Source: a virus (Duplodnaviria; Caudoviricetes). From it: a DNA stretch of 64,000 bases. Within the stretch, counting starts at the first letter, position 1. The number at the start of each line of letters is the position of its first letter. The notes beneath the pieces are model-generated. The model was not told where the DNA came from. It worked only from the letters and a program-made list of their open reading frames with translations, and did not search any database. This document shows positions 50,246 to 60,600 of the stretch, piece by piece. The stretch is from positions 96,001-160,000 of IMG/VR virus record IMGVR_UViG_3300033121_000493; one strand, written 5' to 3'. The position numbers and the translations under genes were made by a program.

Positions 50246-51184
50246 TTAAGCTGACAGTATAGAATCAATAGATTTTTCTATAGAAAACTGATTAACGGCA
50301 TCTGATCGACAAGCAGTGTGGTTAGCTTCACGGCGTAAGGTTTCAGCCAAAGCTACTACATTTTTGCTGTTTGCCCTGACGGATATGTTAGGTGAACCGT
50401 AGCAATCTGACCACGGCGCAGACTCATGATAAACAACGGGCAACCCGCACATAGCCATCTCAAGATAACTTTGTGGAAATCCTTCGTCTTCGTACGTGGT
50501 GAACACGGCCCCTACTTTACATTGCGCGAACAACGCCGGTAAACAATCAGTAGCCACATACGGAATAGTAAGACAGGAATGTTGGCTGATTTTTATGTCT
50601 ATGACCTCTTTGCTACCACCTATCCACAAAAACGATCTAGGTTCAGCCAGGTTGTCCGCTAACTCATTGATAAACCAACCCTGGTTCTTACCAGCTTTAG
50701 GTTTTCCTATGACGCAGTAGTCATACTTACGTTCAGCCGTAAGCAACGGCCACTTGTCCGGATCTTTACCTTTTATCCAAGTACGCATAGATTTGTGGTA
50801 TATACGTTGTTCACAATCTACAAGACTGACGTCACAGTGCGGATTATACAAGTCATGTGCGCCGCACGAGTAGTGGATTTTTCTATTGCGTATGCGCTTT
50901 AACAAATCGGCTTTAGCGTCAGTCCACTTTTTAAGTGACCAAACAACGGCGTTTGGCCACGTGTTACAGTAATCGACAATAGCGTCCGTATCCGAAGTTG
51001 CCAACTCATACGATGCCATATCTCCGTCAATTTCAAACGGAAATATCAGTGCTCCAGCTAGACGAGCGTAGTCACGATAGCCGAACGTTATGTTCTTGGA
51101 GAATATCCGATTGTATTTCGGGCTGATCTCTTTGTGCGGATTGCCACATATGATTATCAATCGCGGATTCGCTGGGAGACTCAT
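50246..51184 (-). CDS. Glycosyltransferase (GT-B, GT4-like)
   Basis: KNQ, EGFPQSYLEMAMCGLPVV. Confidence 0.85.
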   Translation of the reverse strand: MSLPANPRLIIICGNPHKEISPKYNRIFSKNITFGYRDYARLAGALIFPFEIDGDMASYELATSDTDAIVDYCNTWPNAVVWSLKKWTDAKADLLKRIRNRKIHYSCGAHDLYNPHCDVSLVDCEQRIYHKSMRTWIKGKDPDKWPLLTAERKYDYCVIGKPKAGKNQGWFINELADNLAEPRSFLWIGGSKEVIDIKISQHSCLTIPYVATDCLPALFAQCKVGAVFTTYEDEGFPQSYLEMAMCGLPVVYHESAPWSDCYGSPNISVRANSKNVVALAETLRREANHTACRSDAVNQFSIEKSIDSILSA

Positions 51185-51824
51185 CTGCTACCTCACGCGC
51201 GGACTCGGCACAATTGCATGGTTTATCTTTAATACAGAACAAAGTATGTCGTTTCTTAAACTCGGTATCTTGAACTTTACGAGACGTGTAGCCGGAGCAG
51301 TAACTGGTGATATCCGCATAACACGATAGTAGCTCAGGACGCTTGTCATTGATATCGTCAACAACCAGTGTACTACCATGTGCCAAAACGTGCTTTACAG
51401 TAGCTAGCCCGGCAGGAGCAACACGTGACTTCCACCTATCGGGACCATCTACAATAACTAAATCATACACGTCTTCGGCTGACGGCGTCCACGCGTACCA
51501 TCCAGTAGCCGAGTCAACGTCGACAACGACAAAGTCAATAGCCGGTAAATCTTTTGGCCACAGTGCTAAAAGCTTGTCATGCCACTCCCCAGGCATATTC
51601 AACGATTTTACTTTACAGCCAGTAGCTTTGGCGTATACTCCTAACAGCACAGATGACAGCCCAGAACCTAATTCAAGCACAGTTTTTGGTTTTGTAGCTA
51701 CAAGAACATCAATCAGCTCGCGTAACGCCTGAACCGACATCACATGCGATCCAAATACTTCGCGAAATGCTTTGACGTTAGTATCTAGTGCTGCGTTTAA
51801 TCGTTTAGCTAAACCACGTATCAT
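51072..51824 (-). CDS. Class I SAM-dependent methyltransferase
   Basis: VLELGSGLSS, YDLVIVDGP, LVVDD. Confidence 0.88.
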   Translation of the reverse strand: MIRGLAKRLNAALDTNVKAFREVFGSHVMSVQALRELIDVLVATKPKTVLELGSGLSSVLLGVYAKATGCKVKSLNMPGEWHDKLLALWPKDLPAIDFVVVDVDSATGWYAWTPSAEDVYDLVIVDGPDRWKSRVAPAGLATVKHVLAHGSTLVVDDINDKRPELLSCYADITSYCSGYTSRKVQDTEFKKRHTLFCIKDKPCNCAESAREVADESPSESAIDNHMWQSAQRDQPEIQSDILQEHNVRLS

Positions 51825-52753
51825 TTATTTTCCTTAATCGCTGTAAGTTTACTAACAAACTGAGTCATTTGACTAGCTCTAGACCCAAACTTGTCACTAA
51901 GTAACTTAAGCATATTGCTGTTTAACTCTTTACGCAACTTGTCGTCTGATAAAAGACGATTGACGTATTCTACAGCTTTATCTAAATTTCTGCTAGGATA
52001 CACCAGCGCCGTCTGCTCGTGTATTGCGTAGTCTTGCATACCGCTACGGGGATGGTCAGTACACACCAAAGCACATCCAGCTAGCGATGCTTCAATAGGT
52101 GGGTTGTGTAACCCCTCTAGCTCGGTCGGTGCAAACCATACCTTAAGCCCGTTATACCATTTATTTAAAGCACTAGGGTTTGGACTCTTTATATCCTTAT
52201 TCAAAAACAGCATTTTCTCATCGAGGCGCGACGCTATGTCAAGCGCATCTTTTGAACGCTTAGTTTTGTGTTTATTGTGCATTAGTGAGCCGACGCCAGC
52301 TCTACCAGTATCTTGGTTTACAAAAAACAAATCTGTATCTAGTCCGGGGTACTGCAAATGCGCCGAAATTCCATTATCGCGCATATAAGTCTGTAGCCAC
52401 ACAGAGTTAACAAAAATATTTGGAATAGCTGTAAATGACTTAATCAGATTTGATTCTTGTGTTTTCCATAGCTCCAGCCCACGTACGTAGTAACACTGTA
52501 GCGCGCTACGGTAAGCTGCCACAGTTTTCCAACTGTTATAGCCTGTCGCTATTGTCACATCGCACTTTGGGTGGTCTTTACCCGCTACAAGTTGCACAGC
52601 ATGTTTGTGCCACGTATATCGGCTTTTACCGGAGTGGAAAAACGCGTAATGCCCAAGTGAGTTAAGTGTCTCAGCACACCTTATAAGCGTTCTAGACCCG
52701 CCGTTATTAGCTAGCCCAACAGCGTACACATTAAAGCAAATGTTCACGCGCAA
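51821..52753 (-). CDS. Glycosyltransferase (GT-B, GT4-like)
   Basis: NGGSR, IAT, EGLHNPPIEASLAGC, DYAIHEQTAL. Confidence 0.88.
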   Translation of the reverse strand: MRVNICFNVYAVGLANNGGSRTLIRCAETLNSLGHYAFFHSGKSRYTWHKHAVQLVAGKDHPKCDVTIATGYNSWKTVAAYRSALQCYYVRGLELWKTQESNLIKSFTAIPNIFVNSVWLQTYMRDNGISAHLQYPGLDTDLFFVNQDTGRAGVGSLMHNKHKTKRSKDALDIASRLDEKMLFLNKDIKSPNPSALNKWYNGLKVWFAPTELEGLHNPPIEASLAGCALVCTDHPRSGMQDYAIHEQTALVYPSRNLDKAVEYVNRLLSDDKLRKELNSNMLKLLSDKFGSRASQMTQFVSKLTAIKENK

Positions 52754-52755
52754 CT

Positions 52756-53496
52756 CTACAGTGGTGGGTAAACCGTTGTTGATATGCCGTTATATCTATT
52801 TGCAAGCTCTATCGCTAAACGGCTCACTGCATCCGCATCAAACTCCAAGAGAGTTACAACAGAATTGTCCCCAGGCTGTACCATACTTTTTAGCATAGTA
52901 TCATGCTCGATGTCTTGCACAGACTGTTCAGGATGCGTGTTAACAGCATAAAGTTTACGTATATCTATATCAATCGTATACGGTACATAGTCACCGCCAG
53001 TATACAATTTAGCCGTTGATGGAAAAATAGCATAGCGGCGCTCTCGGAGCATTGTCGTAATTTTAACAGTAGGCCACTCACTGGAGAACTTTAAGCTTGT
53101 AAACGGGGTTTTTTCATCTTTAAACATTTTCTCTGCGCGCGTAAGATTTTTGGCCGCAGGGTGAATTTTGATACACATATTATAGTTGTCGTATAGATTA
53201 GTCAGTGCTAGCCAAAAATAGTCAGGCTCGCCTAGTTTACAATCATCTTTAGACCTAGTGCTAATGTATGTAAGCGACGTCCAGCGAGAGTGCGCCAGCG
53301 CACGTACATAAGATATATGCTTAGCGGTAGTTTTAGAGTAAGTGTTAGTAGTTATAGAAACACCATTAAAATTGTTCCACCTGGCTATTTCATACCAGCC
53401 ATACGAATATAGACTGGCTCCATCAGATACTAAGTTCTTTGATTTAGCAGAATCTCTTTGGAAAAAAGCTTCGACTACACTTTTATTCGTAATCAC
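52756..53496 (-). CDS. Phage hypothetical protein
   Basis: LYSYG..IA..YSKTTAKH motif. Confidence 0.7.
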   Translation of the reverse strand: MITNKSVVEAFFQRDSAKSKNLVSDGASLYSYGWYEIARWNNFNGVSITTNTYSKTTAKHISYVRALAHSRWTSLTYISTRSKDDCKLGEPDYFWLALTNLYDNYNMCIKIHPAAKNLTRAEKMFKDEKTPFTSLKFSSEWPTVKITTMLRERRYAIFPSTAKLYTGGDYVPYTIDIDIRKLYAVNTHPEQSVQDIEHDTMLKSMVQPGDNSVVTLLEFDADAVSRLAIELANRYNGISTTVYPPL

Positions 53497-53918
53497 TCAA
53501 ACCCCGTAAATTTCTTTGGCCTGTTGCCACGTGGCTGATCCGCAGCCGTACCTCCAATAATGGCCATAGCTATATCATTATCAAAGTTTGAAAAAACATC
53601 TTGTCTAAGTTTACTAAACAAGTCCGCAACGGCTGGCATGTTACTTGAGTGGAAACCGTAATACGAGCCAGCGTATGTAGTCATCGTTATGTCTAAACCA
53701 TCTATATTACAAGATCTACCATGTGATTTAATAAGATTTGCTATAGCGTCAGCTATGAGCGCTAACTGTATGGTTTCGCCCGTTTTGGGTGGGCTTTCTT
53801 TAGTTATACGTACAGTGTTTAAAACAGCTTTCTTGTAGTCTCTTACTGCTTCAACTACTTGAGTATACGACAATTGCATCTGATAGCTTCCAACACGAAA
53901 TAACATCTTTAACTGCAC
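53493..53918 (-). CDS. Hypothetical protein
   Basis: 141-aa ORF. Confidence 0.65.
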   Translation of the reverse strand: MQLKMLFRVGSYQMQLSYTQVVEAVRDYKKAVLNTVRITKESPPKTGETIQLALIADAIANLIKSHGRSCNIDGLDITMTTYAGSYYGFHSSNMPAVADLFSKLRQDVFSNFDNDIAMAIIGGTAADQPRGNRPKKFTGFE

Positions 53919-54118
53919 ATTCGATTGCTACTATCATATTGTTTGTGTACAAGAATGTAAACGTAGCGTACGCCACAGGCCGCACAAAGAATTCACCCTG
54001 TACACTAATGTGCGTACGTGATCGACGTTTTGATACGCGCAATAAAGCGCCAGCGGCCATATCCAGCAAGACTTGCTTTGTCGCTTTGTTGCATTTAAAC
54101 ACTTCAGACGAAAATTTA

Positions 54119-54703
54119 TCAAACACTACGATTGATAGAGTGTTCCGTCGAAAATTTTCCATCTGGGTATCTCTTGTACAGCTTTTTGAGATTTTCTGCG
54201 ACAATATCGGCAAGAGTACCGGCACCAGTAATGCTGGCGATTGTAACTATTTTAGAAATAATTGCGTGCGCAGAAACATTAACTTCAGATTTAACTTCAT
54301 CAGTTATTGGATGCCCGTGAAAAGCTGTTCTTTTCGCGTGCCGTATAAATGGATTAGAGATAATTAGCAGCGTATGAAATTCTTGAATGGCGTCATCGTC
54401 ATACAGCCAACTTGAGGCACTAGTTGTTATTCGCGCAGGATCAAACGTAGTCAACCCATACTGATACATGCCAACGCAGCAGTACCACAACAGGTCACCT
54501 AGCTCCTCACGTATATGAGCGATCTTAGTATCTTTATCAAGCCCAGCTTGTAGGCCTGCATCTGTAAAAAATATCTCAGCCAGCTCACCGAGCTCGTCTG
54601 CTACGCCTAGTCCGCAATTTGCAATCTTATCATTGATGGCTAGATTTTCGTTCATCAGACCAATCGCTTTAGCCTGATATTCTTGCAGTACTGTCATTAC
54701 CAA
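54119..54703 (-). CDS. MazG-like nucleotide pyrophosphohydrolase
   Basis: LGVADELGELAE, EELGDLLWY, NLKKLYKRYPDG. Confidence 0.85.
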   Translation of the reverse strand: MVMTVLQEYQAKAIGLMNENLAINDKIANCGLGVADELGELAEIFFTDAGLQAGLDKDTKIAHIREELGDLLWYCCVGMYQYGLTTFDPARITTSASSWLYDDDAIQEFHTLLIISNPFIRHAKRTAFHGHPITDEVKSEVNVSAHAIISKIVTIASITGAGTLADIVAENLKKLYKRYPDGKFSTEHSINRSV

Positions 54704-54715
54704 AAACTCCTATTG

Positions 54716-55174
54716 TTAACCTGGTCGAGCGCGAGAAGGTAGACGGTCTATGATACTGTCTAGCCGTCTACGTAGCGCTTCAAACTCTTCTGTTGCAGCT
54801 GATTGCTCTTTCAATGTATTAACAATCGTAGGATAGCTATGTACGAATGCCACGATTTCTTTGGTTATATCCAGCAAATTATCGTACTTGGTTGTTAACG
54901 TAAGCATCGCAGTAGTGATGGTACGACACTCGACGGTTAACGCCGCGTTTATTTCTTTGATCGATTTAAGATCCGCACTCAACGTGCGTATTGTCTCTAT
55001 GAGAATTTTAGTTGAATCGTCATTGTTTTCTTTTTTCTTTATTATGCCAAAGTCCATTAGACCTTTTGCAAATATGAACAAACATACTGCAATATAGGCT
55101 ACGTCCTGTGGTGACCAATCAATAGCGGCTAACAGACTACTGGACAATAGTACCCCCGACATGTATCCCAGCAT
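54716..55174 (-). CDS. Membrane-anchored coiled-coil protein (holin-like possible)
   Basis: Hydrophobic N-terminus followed by a coiled coil. Confidence 0.5.
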   Translation of the reverse strand: MLGYMSGVLLSSSLLAAIDWSPQDVAYIAVCLFIFAKGLMDFGIIKKKENNDDSTKILIETIRTLSADLKSIKEINAALTVECRTITTAMLTLTTKYDNLLDITKEIVAFVHSYPTIVNTLKEQSAATEEFEALRRRLDSIIDRLPSRARPG

Positions 55175-55347
55175 AATACCACCGCCATTTGCTAACGGAC
55201 AATCATGTTATGACAATTACAACTTTGATATCACATGTAAAGTTACGATAATCGTAAACAAAAACAGTGTCGTATCAAGGCTGCTACATCGCTTCGCGCG
55301 TTCGATTATATCACGCATAAAGCACACTGTGCAATTTTACGCAACCA

Positions 55348-55614
55348 CTAGAGTTGGATGTCAAGATCGTTAAAAAGTGCCTTGCCGTCATCGTCAGTCT
55401 CCTTATTTGGTAGACCGGCATTTATATTAGCCTTTACGGCAGGCGGCGTATAAGGAATGTTTAACTTATTAAAAACACGTTTCTTATCATCTTCATTATC
55501 TAGAGCCGACACAATAAGCCAATGTGTTCCGCATAAATTAACGCCCAAGTATCTTACAGCGTCGCCTTGTTTTGTACATTTAGGCCAACCGCACATATCG
55601 GACTGGTCAGACAT
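55348..55614 (-). CDS. Hypothetical protein (CxxxxC...CxxH)
   Basis: 88 aa, GGAGG RBS. Confidence 0.7.
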   Translation of the reverse strand: MSDQSDMCGWPKCTKQGDAVRYLGVNLCGTHWLIVSALDNEDDKKRVFNKLNIPYTPPAVKANINAGLPNKETDDDGKALFNDLDIQL

Positions 55615-55623
55615 ATACCTCCA

Positions 55624-56730
55624 TTAATACTCAATAATTCGGCTACCAGCCGGATTAGAAGTTTGTAGGTTGATTGGGACAAACGCAGCGCTAAGCACAG
55701 ACGTGTAATAGATGTTTGCCGAGGATGGCGTCATAGTTACACCGTCTAAAGTTATATTGTTACCGCCGTCGATATCAACTGCGCGTGGGTTCGGATTACC
55801 TATCGTGTTTGTGTACTCAATAGTCAGATTCTTCAACCAAGTAAACCCAGGATACCGCACAGTACCGGACTGGTTACGCTTTGAAAGTTTTACGCCAATA
55901 GTGGGTTTTGTTGTGTTAGGCCGCACAACGGTGTCTTCCACCACAGAATTACCGATATATCCGTAAATGAAAATCTCGGAATCGGTTACGCCATCTTGGC
56001 AATTGTACGTCACGGTACAGTTACTTATTGCGTTGTTAATACTATTACCTACGGCACTTGACGACGCATCTAAGTAAATACCATGTTGCATATTTTGAGA
56101 CGCTGTGAACTTATTAGCTAGAAATCCGTGTAAGTCGTAACCTACGACGTGTAATCCGTCTCCAGCACAACCTGTAGCAGAACACGAATACAGACTAATC
56201 CGCTCACCGGCATAAGTTGCGCCATTAAAGAAAAACCCATGCTCTGGAGCGTTATATACGTCTACATTAGATATAGCCGAAGCTGGTCCAGCTTTATCTA
56301 TGCGTATCCCGCCACCATACAGCTTAAAATTAGATACATAACAGTCATATAGCGATACGCCTGACTCGCCAAACAGGATGGCGTAACTACCAGTGCCAGT
56401 GTAGTTTATTGTAGTGCCTTCCGGATGTCCGCGTAGCAAATTGTTAAAGGATACCGTAATAGGCTTATCTAGTGTAACTATGCCTGGTTGCAGATTAACA
56501 GGGCGATTAGCGTCTAGCTCTGTCTGTATCTGATCGGCCGATGTGTACTGCGTATACGCACTAACGGTAGTAACCTGCGTTAGTTGTTCGCGATCGCCGC
56601 GTCGCGTGTCTGGTCGGATAATAGCAGCGCCGTCCAGCGATACTATGTCGCGTTCAGCTACAGGATTAGGTGCTTTTGGTCCAGCATTTGGATCAAATCC
56701 TAGTAGATCTGCAACAGTTTTAGTACCCAT
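55624..56730 (-). CDS. Right-handed beta-helix protein (tailspike/depolymerase-like)
   Basis: IQTELDA..LQPG..LDKPI..LRG..GTTINYTG plus beta-helix repeats. Confidence 0.8.
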   Translation of the reverse strand: MGTKTVADLLGFDPNAGPKAPNPVAERDIVSLDGAAIIRPDTRRGDREQLTQVTTVSAYTQYTSADQIQTELDANRPVNLQPGIVTLDKPITVSFNNLLRGHPEGTTINYTGTGSYAILFGESGVSLYDCYVSNFKLYGGGIRIDKAGPASAISNVDVYNAPEHGFFFNGATYAGERISLYSCSATGCAGDGLHVVGYDLHGFLANKFTASQNMQHGIYLDASSSAVGNSINNAISNCTVTYNCQDGVTDSEIFIYGYIGNSVVEDTVVRPNTTKPTIGVKLSKRNQSGTVRYPGFTWLKNLTIEYTNTIGNPNPRAVDIDGGNNITLDGVTMTPSSANIYYTSVLSAAFVPINLQTSNPAGSRIIEY

Positions 56731-56739
56731 CCGTAACCC

Positions 56740-57864
56740 CTAGACATTAACAATTTTATTGTCGGCCAGTAAATTTGTATTCAAATTAGTTGGCTTATAG
56801 TCATTTTGTGGCGATCCGTGCCAGCTAACAAGGGCAGACGTATTGCCTGCTATAAACAACGACTGAATAATAGACCTATACGCGTTCGTAAACTTAGCGG
56901 CATATGTTGTCTGCGCGGTAACTGTATTGGCGTATACAAATACGGCCTGGCCTATCACAACGTTTCGCGGCTGTAGATTCGTAGAAGATATTGTTGTGTC
57001 ACTAAAATCCATAGCTGTGATAGGAACGGCGGTACGATACGACTCGAAGTGCGTTGTTGTGATTAGTGCGTCATGGAATCCGCCCACAACCTTTAATTCA
57101 GCTGGATAGTCAGAATTTGAACCGTTACTCTGTAATGTTGAGTGGTCTATTTTGAAGTTTGTAACTATGCCGGTAGCTGCGACTGATCTGATAAATAGAC
57201 CGTATCCAGCATTATTTTCACTGGCTAAATGGGTAAACGTTAACCCATCTAGTGTGTGCGACGCTTCAACCAATACACCGTGTAACGGATTACCGTACGT
57301 GCCAAACGACCTAATCGTGACTGGACCGTCAAACGCCCCATCGGCGTCAGTGACGTATAACGCGGCTTGCGCGGCGTCTGTTACATAGACACTCGACACA
57401 GCGCAATCTGTGCCGCCATTGACAATCTTTAATCCGGCATCGTCTATATTTATGTCTTCTATTAGACCTGCGTTACATGGGATACCAGCTTCACCCAGCA
57501 CAACTGCGTAATTGCCAGCTCCAGTGTAGCGCAAAAGTGTGCCAAAATTATTACCAACGAGCCGCTGTCCGGCTCTAACTACAATGGGCGTAGATACGTT
57601 TATTGTTCCTGTAGGCAGCAAAGCGTAACCACTAGAATCCAGTGCTGCCTGAATCAGCGCCGCATTAGTCAAACCTGACGAATAATCTTCTTGTACCACT
57701 ACAAGTGTCGGTAATCTACCACCACGGCGCATATCTGGAGCTGGACCAGTGCCACCAGGATTACTTACTGGCTGAATAAGACCTGCCCTAGGGGTAAGGT
57801 TAGGAGCCAGATACGGTAACACAGTAAGGCCACCGAGCTCCTGCATCGCTGTTCTGGTTCCCAC
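56740..57864 (-). CDS. Right-handed beta-helix protein (tailspike/depolymerase-like)
   Basis: IQAALDS..LPTG..VSTPI..LVG..GTLLRYTG; paralogue of its neighbour. Confidence 0.8.
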   Translation of the reverse strand: MGTRTAMQELGGLTVLPYLAPNLTPRAGLIQPVSNPGGTGPAPDMRRGGRLPTLVVVQEDYSSGLTNAALIQAALDSSGYALLPTGTINVSTPIVVRAGQRLVGNNFGTLLRYTGAGNYAVVLGEAGIPCNAGLIEDINIDDAGLKIVNGGTDCAVSSVYVTDAAQAALYVTDADGAFDGPVTIRSFGTYGNPLHGVLVEASHTLDGLTFTHLASENNAGYGLFIRSVAATGIVTNFKIDHSTLQSNGSNSDYPAELKVVGGFHDALITTTHFESYRTAVPITAMDFSDTTISSTNLQPRNVVIGQAVFVYANTVTAQTTYAAKFTNAYRSIIQSLFIAGNTSALVSWHGSPQNDYKPTNLNTNLLADNKIVNV

Positions 57865-57938
57865 ATATAGCTCCAGCTAACATTAAACCCGAGTATCAAA
57901 ATGCAGTATAGCCCGTTTTTTACTACAACGCCAAAACT

Positions 57939-58163
57939 TTACAGCTGACGAACTAAGCCATAACGGCGTAAGAGACCGGCTCGTCTAAGTTTTCGTGATT
58001 TTTGATAGCGCAACGCTGTAAGAGATTTAGTATAAGTAGCTATGAGATCTTCTAAATTTTTGATCTTATCATCAAGATCGTCAGTAGTGCCGACTATATC
58101 ACGAGGGCACCACGTGCCTAAACGCTTTAAAATACTAGACTTAACGACAGCACACCGACTCAA
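57939..58163 (-). CDS. Hypothetical protein
   Basis: 74-aa ORF. Confidence 0.55.
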   Translation of the reverse strand: MSRCAVVKSSILKRLGTWCPRDIVGTTDDLDDKIKNLEDLIATYTKSLTALRYQKSRKLRRAGLLRRYGLVRQL

Positions 58164-58614
58164 CGAGTTTTCCTTTTCTGTTTGCGTTTTCCAAAGCTAG
58201 ACCTGAGCCGCAGTCTAAAGGCGTTAATACGCTTTAAGCTCAGAACACTGGCCCGACTAACGCCTTCTATAACGCGGAACAGATTAATGTATTTCTCGCA
58301 AAAACTAGACTCGTAAAAAGTATCATTAAGCCTTGAAAATGGGTAGTCTATTGGCGACGAATCCTCAAATAAACCAGCAATTTCATCCAGCATAAGCGAA
58401 GACTTCGCACAAACCTCATCACCTACAGACTCAAATCTAATAGCGAAGCTTTTTTTACTACGGTATATACGCCGATCATTACAGTCGTAATCACGTGCGT
58501 CAAGATGAAATATTACTGCTGGATTGCTTTGCCCGACTGTTAACCATTCCCAGGCCAACTTATCATGACGACTACTACTCAACGAGTTTTCCTTTTCTGT
58601 TTACGTTTTCCAAA
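58158..58614 (+). repeat. 38-bp direct repeat, 1 mismatch (58158-58195, 58577-58614)
   Basis: ACTCAACGAGTTTTCCTTTTCTGTTT(G/A)CGTTTTCCAAA. Confidence 0.9.
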
Positions 58615-60598
58615 TAACCGTCTAACCTCCAACCTTATTAAATTAGCAACTTCTAACATATAAGCATGGCGCAAACCAACTTGACCTATATGTGCACACA
58701 GACGTCCAAAGTTATCAAAAAATAACGAATCATAATCGGCATGTCTTGCCGAGTAGTGTAGTCGTAACACACCACGTACCCAATATCCAATTCCAGTTAT
58801 GTACGATAACTGTTCAGAATTAGTACATTCTATTTCGTCACCTGTGGGCGTAAATATAACAGCAAAACTTTTTTTCTTTCTATAGAATTTTTGCCATTCT
58901 TCCTTAGCGTTTAAGACATCGTGAGGTGAAAAACCGGCAGAGGTTAAACGCAGCACGACTGTGCGGGTGGTATCTACAATTAACCGCCAATATAGCTGGT
59001 ATAGTTCGCTATTCAATTACTCACTCCTCGAATAGTATTGTGTAAAGCTGTGACCGTAACTTGTTAACCCGATGTAAAGCCTCCAAATTTGCGATACTGG
59101 CAGCGCTTATACACATGGCAAGCGCATGAAAATTGCTCCAGAAAATTTTAGCGTACATAGCAAGTCGCGCCGACTCGTATGTATCGTTAAATATAGTTGA
59201 TATGGCTATGTTGGTTTGCATCTCCATATCGCGAGAAAACAGTGACGTTATTTCATCACCATTTGACGAAAAAGTAATACTCCAGCTTTGCGGCCGAGTA
59301 GAAAACCGTCGCGCGTATATCGGATGGTTTGACGAGTCGGCAACGAGTTGCTGGGCGACTGATGACTTAGGAGCGCGTAGCATGCACACTACAGTTGCAA
59401 TATCCGTATTGTATATATTCCAAACAAATTTAGTGTTCATATACCACGAATAGCGCATATATACGCAACTCTGACAGCATGGCCTACAAGATAACCGCGC
59501 CTAGCAATTGCGGTAATTATAGTTCTATCCCAACTGTAGGCCGTAGAGATTAAAGACAAATTAATCTGCATGTCGTATGACCTTGGGCTTGCCACATTAA
59601 AAAACAGAGAGTTCTCAATTTTAATATAAGGCACGCCCAGGTAAGATAATATATTTAGCATCATTGACGCTTTTTACTAAACGCGTCTTTACAAAAGTCT
59701 AGTACAGAATCAGTGATAACCGTAACACGGATAGAGACCGTCAAACGTGTAAGATCAAAAAACAACCGATCAAGATGAGCACGTGTGTCTAACAGCCTTT
59801 CAAAACAGTAATCTAAGGCGTAGCTATGACGCCTAGCTAGCGCTGTAGAGCTATTGTCCTCAAACTCGCCGGGCATAAATCTAAAGAAGTCAGACTGGCG
59901 ATTACGTAAAGATAATGCTTCCCAAATCTTAATTGTTGCTTCAGTCGGCTTTTGCACGGTGTAGGCTAGCCCTGGCTCGTGGGGTTTACATAGGCTGTGA
60001 AAACATAGATCTAACTAAACAACACGAAAATTCATTCTAACGCTCCTTGCAGCACGCTTTAGTATAGTCACTATACTGTCGACGTATACGCCAAGTGGAG
60101 CAGCGTATTGCGCAGTATTCCACTTGCTAGCAGAATAAGTATCAAACTCGACAAAACAAATCTCCAGGGCTACATCGTAAGACAATGCTTGCATATTACC
60201 CTTATTACCATGAAAAAATGTAGCAGTACCGATATAAATAGAGGTACGATCACTCTGTATCGAGGCTTGAGCTATAGATAACATGCCTACTTTAGACAAC
60301 ATCACGACCATGCCTTTGCGCAACAACTACTGTGTATCTCGCTACAGACTGTCGAAGTGTAGTTACCCACGACGTGCGAATGAGTAGATTGGTTAAAAAG
60401 CTCAGTAAAACCAGTAGGTACGCTAGTTTCAACCACGTCACACACGTAAAAATTCAAACCAAAGCTACGCTTTCGGTATATAGCCGGTTGAGTACCGTCA
60501 TGTCCAGATAGCACAAATGTAAAATTTGTCGAACAGCGTGGGTCGCGGTTTAATATACTTTCCCAAATCTTAATTGTTGCTTCAGTTGGCTTTTGCAC
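58160..60598 (-). other. Array of diverged paralogous ORFs (58160..58582, 58579..59016, 59021..59458, 59437..59664, 59661..59957, 60015..60326, 60302..60598)
   Basis: Shared (K/R)xS(F/W/Y)x(I/V/L)xF motif, with GDE in three members; two end FGKRKQKRKTR; two start MQKPTEATIKIWE. Confidence 0.7.
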
Positions 60599-60600
60599 GG
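59919..60600 (+). repeat. 41-bp direct repeat, 1 mismatch (59919-59959, 60560-60600)
   Basis: TTCCCAAATCTTAATTGTTGCTTCAGT(C/T)GGCTTTTGCACGG. Confidence 0.9.

Noticed and set aside
55175-55347. Short palindromes in an intergenic gap
   Set aside because: Only 4-6 bp arms, expected by chance in AT-rich DNA.
37554-60600. CRISPR array or diversity-generating retroelement
   Set aside because: Repeats occur as two or three copies inside coding sequence, hundreds of bases apart. No reverse transcriptase is present and differences between paralogues are not adenine-specific.
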